Part shown: positions 36,985 through 50,010 of the stretch, piece by piece
How the letters are laid out: each line of letters opens with the position of its first letter
Numbering within the stretch: the first letter of the stretch is position 1
From: the human T2T-CHM13v2.0 reference genome, Homo sapiens
Reading direction: 5' to 3' (one strand)
NCBI RefSeq assembly: GCF_009914755.1
Contig: NC_060940.1
DNA length: 64,000 nucleotides
Notes under the pieces: model-generated
What the model was told of the DNA's origin: nothing
What the model saw: the letters and a program-made list of their open reading frames with translations, nothing else
Databases searched by the model: none
Program-made: the position numbers and the translations under genes

Positions 36985-37612
36985 TCAAATGAATTAACTC
37001 ACGTCCACACAAAAACCTGCACATGAATAGCAGCTTTATTCATAATTGCCACAATGTGGAAGCAATCAAGATGTCCTTCAGTAGAATGAATACACAAACC
37101 ATGGTACATCTAGACAATGAAGTATTATTTGGTGTAAAAAATGAGCTATTAAGCCACAAAAAGACATGGAGGAAACTTATATGCATATTGCTAACTGGAA
37201 AAGGCTCCATACTGTATAATTCCAGTTACATGACATTCTGGAAATAGCAAGACTAGGGAGATACTGAAGAGATCAGCGATTGCCAGTGGTTTGGGGAAAG
37301 GGAGGGACCAACAGGCAGAGCACGGGGCACTGTTAGAGCAGTGGGACTGTTCTGTATGGTTCTGTAAGGGCGGATACATGTCATCATGCATTTGTCAAAA
37401 CTCACAGAGCACACCCTACTGCGAGTGAACCCTAATGTCAACTACAGGCTTTGGGTGATAATGATGCATGGATGTTGGCTCATCATTAGTAACAAATGCA
37501 CCACTCTCGTGCAAGATGCTGATGGAAAGGGAGGCAGGAGGCTTATGGTAACTCTACTTCCTGTGTAATTTTGCTGTGAACCTAAAACTGTTCTAAAAAA
37601 TAAAGTCTATTA
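36985..37612 (+). mobile_element. L1MC 3' end
   Basis: Ends ...gaacctaaaactgttctaaaaaataaagtc. Confidence 0.65.
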
Positions 37613-38309
37613 GACAATGTTTACTTTTTGGAAATATCCTTTTGGTATTGTGCAAATAAATACTTGGTTGGCTATGGAGAATATAGAAAAAAATTTTTAA
37701 AAAGAGCAGATAAACACTGAAGCCAAGCTTAAAATTTCCTACATAAGTACTAACAGGCAAACATCTGTTTTTCAGGCAAAAAAGCAGATAATAAAGTTAT
37801 ATGTGTACCATAATCCCAATCTTGTGTAACAAACAAAAGAAACAGATATAGAAAAACACTGGAAGGGATATACACCAAATTGTTCACACTGATTTTATAT
37901 ACAGGGTGGAAGGATTATGGATATTTTCTTTTCATTTCAATGTTTTAATTTTTTCCAATTAAATTTCTTGCATGAAAAATAAAAGCAAAAAGATCATGCA
38001 GTTGTCTTACTGTTATTTTTTCATCTTGTTAGTGTGTAAGCTTGGTGAAGACAGGAACAATAACTTGCACATCTGTTTCTGCATTAGGGATATGTACACG
38101 CCATACTGGACAGGGCTTTACAGTTCTCAGAGTGTTCTCACCTACTGTGGGGCAGGTAACACGGTGGAGCAGGCTGATGGTACAGTAGCCCCCCAATATA
38201 CACACATTGGATTCCCCATAACCTGTGAGTAGTAGGGTGCACTTATATATGTATCTATACACACACACACACACATATAGTTTTTTAAAAGAGTAAATAT
38301 TACAAGACA

Positions 38310-38585
38310 AAAGATGCCATTAGGTTAAGGATCTTGAAAAGAGTAGAAAGAGCTGTGAAGAGGGAGGCTGAGACTGAGGTGATGCAGCCACAGCCCAGCA
38401 ATGCTGGGGCATGCACTGGAGGCTGGAAGGAGCAAAGACCGGATTCTCCCCCAGGTTCCTAGAGGGAGTGAGGCCCTGCTCAATTTTGGACTTCTGGTCT
38501 CCCCAACGGCAAGAAAATCAGTTTCTGCTGTCTGAAGTGGCCAAATTTGAGGTAATTAGTTATGGCAGCATCAATAAACTAACAC
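38310..38585 (+). mobile_element. MLT1C/D-like MaLR LTR fragment
   Basis: MaLR 3' motifs; ends aaactaacaca. Confidence 0.6.
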
Positions 38586-39148
38586 AGCAGGCATTCCCAT
38601 TTTACTAATGGCCAATCTCAAACATAATTCTGTGCTTAATCGTCTTACAGCTATTAGGAGGCAGAGAAAGAATTCAAACCCAGATCTTTGACATCCAAGT
38701 GCAGAGCAGTATTCTTTCTATTGCTCAATATATTCTAGAGTATTCATTCAGTTGAGTGGTTAATTCTAACAGCTAAATGAGAAAAATCATACAAAACAAT
38801 TTTTGTGGGAATTCTGAAAACAAGACAATTTGTTGAATTATTTTTAAAATTATTTATTTTTAAATGTATTTTAAATGTTAGCCTGAGCATGTGCTATAAG
38901 ACAGAAAAAAATCTAAGAAAATGTGGCACCATCTCTGATATGCTTCAAAATTCAAGTGATACGTTTCTATGTCCAATTTCTATTAACTTCTTATTTGTTC
39001 ATGGACTAATTTCCCTTTGACTTTGCTAATTTGTTTAAAATCTTGATTTGATTAACTTGACCAAATTAATCTCTTTTCTAACCTTAAGATTCTAAAATCA
39101 GAGTTAGAGTGAGATGCCCAACCACTTAAAAGATAACTTATTCTTTAC

Positions 39149-39397
39149 CTGGAATAAATGAATATTTTGCTCGAAATCCCAGTCCTTCAAGCTCTTCATC
39201 AGAACTAAACTTAATCCACATGAATCTCCCTGTTGATCTAATTAATGGAGGGCTTTTCACGCCACAGTAACGATCTATAAGAGGAGAGAAACCAAATGGC
39301 CCATCTCGAACTTCCAAGTGATCAAACCGACACTCAAATGATGGTTCTATATAATAATGTTCATCAAAGGTCAACTCTATTCTTTGACGTGGAGCAG
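39149..39397 (-). CDS. NETO2: NETO2 exon 4 ([16 protein letters not shown]...FRAKYSFIP; rest of CUB1)
   Basis: ORF 39138..39374 has CUB motifs ([19 protein letters not shown]); acceptor ttattttctag|CT, donor CCAG|GTAAAG; 249 nt. Confidence 0.97.
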
Positions 39398-40047
39398 CTA
39401 GAAAATAAGAGTAAGCAAATCAGGACAACACAAACAAGAAAGAATATAAATGTATTGACACAAATGAGAAAAGCAGAATAACTGTTCTGCTAACTGCTTC
39501 ATAGACAAAGGTCTTAGTGAGAATTGCTATACAAGTCATGATAAATGTATCTTACATTAAAAATAATGCTACTCTGTAGAACTATAGTAATCTTTTCCAT
39601 TGGCATATGCTATCTACTAAATTAAATATTTTTGAGTGATTCAAACTGAAGAGTCAAGAAGCTAATACTTAGTTCAAGATACAACGTACCACAATACACA
39701 GAAAAATAAACAGAAGAAATGAAAAGAACTCACTTATGTGGACATAAATTTGAATTAAGCCTTATAAGGGATGCCAGTAAGTTTAAGTTTCTTATCAGAG
39801 AAAGAAGTTTTTCATACATACTAATGTACGTAGTTGAATTATACTTTGGGAGATTCAAACTTCCCCTAACATTTCTGCTAGTATCTTGTTAATGTATTCA
39901 ATATGCAGAAATACTTATCATTACTACAGTTTAATTCAAATACATGTTTAAATTTCATTCAAACTGGTTTACATAGGTCATTTTACCAACATATTTAGTT
40001 TTACAATAAAGTAAAAATTCATCCAATAAAAGAAATCGTTCAAATAC

Positions 40048-40188
40048 CTTCCAAAATGTAGATACACTCCTTGTTTGGTGGATATGAGTCAGGATAATTT
40101 GGCGAAGCAAAATGACCTCCATTGCTGGTTCGAACCCAAATGCCACACTGGGTTGCAGGAATATGCTTGATTCCAATATTTTGTCCAT
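40048..40188 (-). CDS. NETO2: NETO2 exon 3 ([47 protein letters not shown]; CUB1 start)
   Basis: Acceptor tttttccctaag|AT, donor GAAG|GTATTT; 141 nt; CUB motif FASPNYPxxYP. Confidence 0.96.
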
Positions 40189-41264
40189 CTTAGGGAAAAA
40201 CGGCATTTAAAACACTCATTACAGCAAAAGAGAATCATTCTTCTCTTTCCCCCACCACTTTCCAAACGATTGCTCACTCTATGCTACATATATAAAATTT
40301 TCTAAGAACCACTGTCAAATTTAGCACAATAAATTGAGTACAGAAGTGAAAGAGAGGGAGGGAAAACTTGCTGGGAGAGGACAAGTTTGCCGTGTAAGAG
40401 AACAGGGAAATAAAGGGCTTATAGGCACTTAACAAAGGGCAAAACCATATGGGGGAATCTGCTAAGTCAGTAAGATGCAATACAATTCAGTTCTAACCTA
40501 AAAATAAAGGCATCCCAGGAGCTGATCTCTGATATGGGGCCCTCAAACTTAGTTTAACACAACAGTAAAAGATGATTCAAAGGTTAGAGGGATTTTAGTT
40601 GAAGACTGTAGACTAAATACATGCACGTAGCTGAGCTCCTTCCTCAAACTCCACTTAAACAGCAATAAAAGGATTTTTAAAAGGGTATAAACTCTTAAAC
40701 AGAGAGGGGTAGATATAGCAGTAACAACTGGCAGTACCAGGAAGTGGGGTTGGGGGTGGTGAGTGAAATTGGGCTTTTTAAAAACATGAGGCTAGTTAAA
40801 AGTCTGTTTAGAATGAGTTGGATTTTCAGTACCCTTTCCTCCTCCACAAATCTAGCAGCTCTACAACCACATCAGAACACTAAAGGTGATTTCTTTGGAG
40901 AAGGTAAAACAACAGGGTTACTGGACTAGGGGACACCAGGAACAGTTGAGAACGAAAACAGGGAGACGAGTGAATGTTAGCACATGTCCCAGCCTTCGTT
41001 TCCTGCTTAACTCCCACAAAGGCCTCCTGGTCAGATATTGAGCCTTTAAGCAGGAAAAGAAAAGATTCTTCTCTGGGAGTCGAAACAGCCCCTAGGAAAG
41101 GCTTGATGCAGATGCAGGAGTTCCCCAGTGTCAGATCTGTCAACAGTGAGAGCCAGTAACTGATCCTTGCCCACACCTGCAGACAGTTAACGATCAGTTT
41201 TTAGTGCCCCTCTTAAAATATGAGCCCTCAAGGATCACCAGACATTGGAGGAAAATCTCTAATA

Positions 41265-41296
<32 letters not shown>

Positions 41297-41516
41297 ACTG
41301 GAGAAAAGCAACTCTGAGGAGATAAAGACTATGCAAGAAAAATATTTAAAAACCACCACCACCACAAAACAATCATTTAATATCCTGAGAAAGAAAAGCA
41401 AGTAAATCTATAAGACAAAAACAAAGATACTGTACAAACAATATTATATTCAGAAAACAGAACCAAAAAAGCTTCCAAAAACAGAAGAGATGAAAAAATC
41501 AGCAGAACATTTAGAG

Positions 41517-41731
41517 CAGAGTTCAGCAAACTATGACCCTGGGCCAAACATGACCTGGAGCCTGCTGTAAATAAAGTTTTACTGGAATATACCCATCCCC
41601 ATCATTTGTGTGCTTTTGTTCCAGGACAGAAGAGTTGAGGAATTTGAAGAGTTGCTTCAGAGACTGTAGGACCTACAGCGCCTTAAACACTTACGATCTG
41701 ACCCTTTACAGAAAAAGTGTTCTAACTCCTG
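41517..41731 (+). mobile_element. MER58A-like hAT element
   Basis: CAG...CTG termini; 8-bp TSD atttagag/gtttagag. Confidence 0.75.
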
Positions 41732-42792
41732 GTTTAGAGGTAAAGTTGAGGAAGTCTCAGCGAATGTGGAGCAAAAAGATGGAAAACAGAAGAGCCAGAA
41801 ACAAAAACCAAGAGGGCCATAACCAAGTAAAATAATAGAATTCCTGAAAAGGCAAAAGAGAGAAAATGGAGGAAAGGGAATTTTAAAAATTAAAACAGAA
41901 AAAAAAAAAAAAGATTTCCTAAAGATAAAATTCAGCTGAATGAGTGACTTAATGTAAATCCTGAATACTGAGTTAACCAGAATTATGACAGAACTGTGTT
42001 GAGAAGGGTGCTACAAATGCAAGGTACGAGAACACTCAAATATGGATGGGGTGGACGGTAGGTGCGTGAAAGAGCTAAATTCTCATCTTCCACGGTGAAA
42101 AATCATTATCTAATTTATAAAACTGAAATAACCAAGAAGTAGCAATACAGCATGTTATTTAGAGAAAGGAAGGGAAATACCAAAAGAATCAGCTAAGAGT
42201 GATTATTTCCATGGAGCAGGAAGTTAAGTAGGGCAAGATGGGGAACTCATTTTTCCTAATTAACTTTTTAGGAATGCTTTGATTTTTATCATGTGTATGT
42301 ATTACTTAGATGAAAATAAAAAACAAACAACATTACACTGGAAATGTACTAAATTCAGACATAAAAATCTGGCTAAAAAAAATCACACTAGCTAATCATC
42401 AAACATAAATCAAGACAAAAGAACAGAACCAAAGGACTTTGAATAAGATATTAATTGAAGTGTTTCATTTGTTTAAATTAGAAAAAGGGACTTTTATTTT
42501 TGCTTAGTGATAAAATATAAATCTCCTTTAATTTTTGGACATAATCCACAGTATGCTAGGAGCTACTAGTGATGTCAATTTTAAAAATTTATCAGGGCAA
42601 GACTTTATGCTGACAATTTAGTTAACTGCAGCTAAACTCAGTTAAATTGAGGCTGATGGGTTGACAGAAAGCCTTAGGTCACTGGAACACCCCAAAGGGA
42701 TTATGAAAATAGTACCCAAAAGTTGCAATCCTTTCAAATAAGCCAGTCCATTGTCTTAAACATGCAGTAAGTCACCAATGTAAGTACTTTAC

Positions 42793-42849
42793 CTTGGGTT
42801 TTTTGGGCCACGGCAATCCCTTCCACTACCAGTACTGTTATTAACAACA
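42793..42849 (-). CDS. NETO2: NETO2 exon 2 (VLLITVLVVEGIAVAQKTQ; signal peptide h/c region)
   Basis: Acceptor ttctctag|TG, donor CAAG|GTAAAG; 57 nt, phase 1-1; continues exon 1 frame; too short for the ORF track. Confidence 0.96.
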
Positions 42850-43629
42850 CTAGAGAAATAACAGAGAAGAAAAGTTATGAAATTGAATCTATACTACATT
42901 TTACTAAGTCAATAAATAAAATTGGATGACAAAAAAAGATTAACTAAAATCACTATTTATTACTCAAAATTCACTCTCAAGATCTTTAAGCATTAAATGT
43001 TATGTTCTGATTTGCTACCTAACCCTTAAGATAACCCAAGAAAAGACAAGTGGTTTTGTACTCATTTATAAGCATTTAATAATACATGGCATTGAAAGCA
43101 TTTTTCAACTTAATAGTTTTGTTTAAAAAAAAAAAAACACTTGTTTTTTGCAACAGACCTTGCTCATCCTAACTATTCCTCTATTTACTGTAGTCCATCT
43201 CAAAGTTTACATGCAGTATAGCTGGCTCTGCAGTGTGCTATGGCAGTGAAAGTTCAATTAGATTATATCTGTTTTCTGAGAACATTCTTAATCAAGACAG
43301 AAGTAAGGGGGCAGCAGTCTCCTAGAAATCAATTCAAACTGTCTTATCATTGTGCAGTACTATGCTGTGCTCTGTGCTACAAAGGCTAGCCATATTTAAC
43401 ACTGAAGCTTTTTTCCATGTTGAACATTTCTGAGACCCAATCAACAACATATTGAATTGTTTTGTGTATGTGGTTTGAAGATTTAAAGAAACATTTTCAT
43501 GGATGCTGCACTCTCCCTTTCAAAGGAAACCACACTGCCAGCCTGTCCCGAACTACTGCGTGAACTGGAGTTATTCATTCAGTGAATAGGCACTTACAGA
43601 GTATCCACTGAAGAGCGGGCACCAAGGAT

Positions 43630-43875
43630 GCACAGGTGTGGAGAGAGAAATCGAGCAAAATGGTTAAGAGTATGGACTTAAGGAGTTTCATGAATCTAGG
43701 CTAGGGTTCAAGTTTTGCCTTCTACCAGCTGTGAGGCCTTTTCAGCTCAGTTTACTTATTTGTAAAATGGAGATGACGTATAAATAGGTCAACCTCATTG
43801 GTGGTTGTGAAGATTAAATGAGATAATGTATATAGTATTTTTATGTGCCAGACATTCTGCTAAATAAATGATGGA
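43630..43875 (+). mobile_element. MIR SINE within L2 remnants
   Basis: MIR core (ctcagtttacttatttgtaaaatgg...gaagattaaatgagataat). Confidence 0.6.
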
Positions 43876-44115
43876 TATTAGGACAAACCAGCATCCACAA
43901 GGAATCAATGTATTGTTGAATCTACAATACAAGGTGAAACGGAGTTTAACAGGAGATATGCAGAAGGCATAATGGAAGCAGAAGGTCCATTCTGCTGGGG
44001 GTTAAGGGAAATAGAATGAGGAAAACTCCCAAAAAAGAAGGCATACTCTGGTTGGACCTTACAGTCCTTGAGCCCAGGAAAAGGAGAAAGAAACAGCTTA
44101 AATAAGAACATGGAG

Positions 44116-44495
44116 GGCAGGGCGCTGGTGGCTCATGCCTGCAAATCCCAACACCTTGGGAGGCTGAGGCGAGAGGATTGCTTGAGCCCAGGAGTTCCAG
44201 AGGCCCTGTCTCTACGGAAAAAAAAAAAAAAATTAGCCAGGCATGGTGGCATGTGCCTATAGTCCTAGCCACTTGGGAGGCTGAGGCAGGAGGATCACTA
44301 GTGCCCAGGAGTTAAGAGGCTGCAGTGAGCCATGATCGTGCCACTGCACTACTGCCTGGGCGAAAGAGTGAGACCATGCCTCAATAACATAAAGTAACAT
44401 AAAATAACATAACATAAAATGACATAACATAAAATAAAATAAAATAAAATAAAATAAAATAAAATAAAATAAAATAAAATAAAATAAAATAAAAA
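44116..44495 (+). mobile_element. AluJ with (TAACA)n/(TAAAA)n tail
   Basis: Forward dimer; pentamer repeat 44383-44495; TSD aacatggagg. Confidence 0.9.
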
Positions 44496-47236
44496 CATGG
44501 AGGCATGAGCTCTAACCTACAGCAGGTTTTAGGGAACTCTGAGTAATACAGTGTGGTTGGCAAGTGGAAGGCTACAGCAGTATAGTAGGTTAGAGAAAAG
44601 TTGGGTGAGATCTGATTGTAACAAGTTTTGAATGGCATGCTAAAAAGTGTGGACTTCTAACTATAATGAGAAGCCCTTGTAGGTTTTTAAACAAGTGTAT
44701 GACATTATCACTTCTGTGTTTTAGACCAATAATCCTAATGGTTGTGTGGGGTCTATACTTTTAATGAGAAGAGAGAAGATTAGGAAGGAAAGGTGATCAT
44801 GTTTGCATTACCATCTTTGAAGCAGAGTGGTAGCAGTGGAAAGGGAAAGGAGGAGAAACTAATGACATGGTTCAGGTGTAGAGTCAAGTGCAACTTACAG
44901 GACGTGAGGGGTGAGGGAGGTGGAGGCACTGGAGTCTGCTAGTGCAAGTGGTTGGTAGACAGTTACCACTGTTCACTCAATAGCACGTACTGGGTGTCTA
45001 CTACCAAAGTCACCAACGTAGAAATGGTTAAGAGGTAGCTCTTGTTATTCAGTTCGTATCTTAAAATCTAATTCTTTGACCTCTTCATCCTTGGTTTCTT
45101 GCATCCTTGCTGACCTCTGTGTCTCCTCTGTCTTTTCTCAATAACGTTAATTTCCCCCTTCCCTTTTTTTGGTTGATGGTAGTGTTGAAGATCTCACGTT
45201 ATGCTGAGATCTTGAACTCTTCACATCTTTACACTGGATCTGATTAGAAGAATGGAGTTTTGAAACATTTTTTAATACAGAAGATTTATGATCAAAAAGA
45301 AAAGTCAGGTAATAGTAGGTATTTGATAATTCAGCAAATAACCCAACCATTTGTGTCAATTTATCTCATTAGTAGACACTATCTCCCCAGGCATATCATT
45401 CAGATCATATGCCACTGGTCAATATTTCGTGCGCAGTATACCATTCCTCCTTAATCACAGGTGTAACTATTTACCAGTTTGACATTTACAAATCCATCTA
45501 TAAGCAAATAACCACACAAAGCCAGCAGACAGGGCATGTAAGAGGCCAATAAACTGAAGGCAAGACAGCAACGGCAACTATGGCAAAGGGATGAACTGTG
45601 CCAGCACAATTACGGTATACAATGACCAATAAAAATGTGCTTGTATAAAATAACTGCTTTATGAAATTTGCACAGAATACACAAGTAAGGCAGAACAATC
45701 ATACTGAAAATAAAGTTGCAAGGCCAAATAGCCTATTATATTCTTTTCAACTTTATTTAGAGGGCTGCACAGTTTTCTTTTTTTCTCAAGTAATTACTAG
45801 CTATTCACAACTCAATCGACCAAATGAGCTGTGCCACTAAATATAAAAACGACGTATAAAGAATAGGGCGAATCTGCACAGCAATTAGGGATAGAAAGAT
45901 GTACTGATACAGTTTTTGGTAATACAGTTGTGACTATTAATCCATTCTAAATTCTGTATCATTATAAACACAGTTTCCTGAGTTGTATAACAAGGTCTTT
46001 GTACACTGCTTGAGTTATAATCAGGCTGAGATATTAAAACAAATTCCATTAATGCTAAACCCTGCAATTATTTAGCACATGAAGCAGTTCTGTGGTTCTT
46101 TGTTCTGTCTTTATTCCCAATCTAGGTGCCACTGTTTCCTCTTACCAAAAGGATCAATTATATCTCAAATACAGGAAGACCTCACACTTTGAATTCAATG
46201 ATAATGTATATAGGAAGGCGCTAATTCTATAAGGCAGAAATCTACACAAAAATAATTCTAAACTCTTTAACCATGCAATTTGATTGTACAGAGAACTGCT
46301 TGTGATTTGATGCTTGAAAAAGGTAATGTCCACCATTTATGATGTTACTCCTGGTTCTAGAGTTGAATTTAGTCTTATTTAGTCAGACCTGTGTACAGAT
46401 CTGACCTAAAATGAAGTCACTCAGATGATAAAAGACAGGTGCTATTCAGGCTGTTAAACAATCCTCAAAGCCACTCCCTTTATTCCTCCTCTTTTTACCC
46501 TGAATCACTGTCATTTTAGCTCTAAGCAGACAATTCTGTTCCTAGGCCTTCCAATTTTAAGGCCTACTTTCCACTGTAAAAAATAAAAAAAAAAAGGTCA
46601 AATTTATTCTTTTCACTATTACTTAATAGTGGCAATTCTAGTGAATGCAATAAATACTGGAAAGAAGACAAAATTATTATTTATAGATTTCAATGTTATT
46701 GAAAACCTAAAAACCTCAAGAGAATTATTTGAAAAATTATTACACCTATTAAGGGAAGAAAGTAAAACTAAAATAAATAAACAATAAATATACTGAATAA
46801 AACAGAGCAGTAACATGTTTCTGAGCAGTAAAATAATGCTGCAAAGATAATGAGTCTTTCCAATAGGCCATACATTTAATATTTTAATCAAACTCTTAGT
46901 GGGTCCTGTTTTTGGACTTAACAAAACGTTTCTGATGCTCATCTTGAAGACTTTGTTATACTGGCCAAAGAAAATTTAGAAATCACATAGAATAAATAAA
47001 AACAATATATGATATATTTATTGTAAAGCTACAGTAATTAAAAAATGTAGCAATGACATAGGAAGAAACAGATGATCTGTTAAATACATGCAGGAACCCA
47101 TTGTCTAACAGGTAGTGAGTCACTTCCTGGTGGCAATGAACCAAACAGACAAGGTCCTTATTCTCCAGCACCTTACAGATAACAAAATGGAAAAAAATTA
47201 AAAGCTCAGAAATAGATATATATATCCAAGAATTAA

Positions 47237-47533
47237 TTTTTATTTATTGACTGATTGAGACAGTCTCACTCTGTCGCCTATGCTGGAGTGCAGTGGCGTG
47301 ATTTTGGCTCACTTAACCTCTGCTTCTGGGTTCAAGCAATTCTCGTACCTCAGTTTCCTGAGTAGCTGGGACTACAGGCATGCGCCACCACGGCCAGCTC
47401 ATTTTTTCTATTTTAGTAGAGACGGGGTTTCACTGTGTTGGCCAGGCTGGTCTCAAACTCCTGGCCTCAAATGATCTGCCCGCCTCAGCCTCCCAAAGTG
47501 CTGAGATTACAGGCATGAGTCACCACACCCAGC
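47237..47533 (-). mobile_element. AluS
   Basis: Reverse dimer; TSD ccaagaatt. Confidence 0.9.
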
Positions 47534-48035
47534 CCCAAGAATTTATTATGATATACATGGTATTTGAAATCCTTGGTGAAAGGATGGATTTAATAAATGG
47601 TTCTGGGATAACATATTAATTCTTTGAAATAAAAATAGATCTCGCCTTCAAGCTAAAAACAAAAAATAAATACTAGATTGGGAAAAAAAAGGTGAATTAT
47701 GTATATATTTTGAGGTGAAGAGCACCTTCATTTACTAACGACAGACACATAAATAAAAACTAATAATAAATGGGGGAAAAAAGATTAGACCATCATAAAA
47801 ATGTGCCAAAACCCAAAAATTCAGCCTTACAAACATACAAACATACATACATATATACATGTACAGATTCTAGTGTTGGTCAGGCTATAGGAAACTGACA
47901 TACTCATATAATGCCACTGGATTACAAACTGGCACAACTTTTTGGAGGTTAATCTGGTAGAATATATTAAGGCTCAAAAATGTGCAAATCCCACCAGCAT
48001 TTCTACTTCCAGGTGTGGGAACTGAATCACTGTGA

Positions 48036-48216
48036 CCGTGGTCCTCAAACTTTAATGTGCATCATAATCACCTTGGGTTTATTAACTCACAGATGGGAGT
48101 ACTTTCAGAGACTCTGATCCACTGGGTCTGAGGCAGGGCTTGAGAATCTGCCTTTTAACAAATTCTCTAGGGATGCAGAAGCTGCTGGAGCTGGGACCAC
48201 ACTGTGAGTACCACTG
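48036..48216. mobile_element. MER5A-like hAT element
   Basis: gtggtcctcaaa...tgagtaccactg termini and MER5 core. Confidence 0.65.
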
Positions 48217-48619
48217 CAACAGGAGCATGGCAGATTACTGAAAGCAACAGTGAGAGGTGGCCTTTTCCCTCCTTTGGTAGTGGCAGGAGACATGTTTGGA
48301 CCAATATGGATTGGGCAGGGCAGGGGTGGGCGAAAAGGAGTTGAGTCGATTTTGGAAACGTTGAACTTGAGGTGAAGGCTCTACTATCTATTCTTATAAG
48401 GGCTCCAACAAATACTTCTTGTTTCTGAACATCTGCACTTGCCAGGGACCTTGGACCTCTTTGCTTCCATGAAAGTACATTTTCTAAAACCTGCTTTCTC
48501 CAGGAACCCTTTCCAGATTAATTTTACTTGACTGCATTCAGACTTTTCACTTCTGATCATTCAACAGCTCTCCATCTGTTTTTTAATTTTTTTGTTCTTA
48601 TACTGATTTTGCACACTTC

Positions 48620-49493
<874 letters not shown>

Positions 49494-49514
49494 AGTCCCT
49501 ATAGTGTATTATGT

Positions 49515-50010
49515 ACACAGCAGCCAGTGACCTTTTCAAAATACAAATCAGATCACATCACAGCCTTGCTTAAAATCTTCCAGTAGAGTCCCATTATAGT
49601 TAGAACAACTCTGTGCCCCTTACTCTGACTTCGGAGGTACTATGTGACCTGGAGCCTGCGTGTCTCTCTGGCCTTCCGAGCGCTCTCTACTAGAACACAG
49701 GCCGCCTTCCCATCACTCAAAACACATCAAGCTAATTCTTGCCTCAGGAACCAGCTGTGCCTTCGGCCTAGAATCTCTTTGGCTGATTCCTTCCTGTTGT
49801 TCAGGTCTTGTGAGGCTTTCCCAATTTCTAAATAAGCGCTACATTTTCTCCTTCATTTTGCTTTACTTCATTATTATATTACCTGGTATTTTGAGTCTTG
49901 TTGGTTGTCTGTCTCTTCTCACTAGAAAGAAGGGCCTTGTCTGTCTGATTCACTGATGCATCTCCACAGCCTAAAAGACTGTCTGGCCTCAACAGTATTC
50001 AATACAGACA
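49515..50010 (+). mobile_element. L2 3' fragment
   Basis: Degenerate L2 3' motifs. Confidence 0.5.

Noticed and set aside
36469-37612. Head-to-head L1 3' fragments as a twin-priming inversion
   Set aside because: Both pieces contain 3' termini and look like different subfamilies, so they are independent insertions
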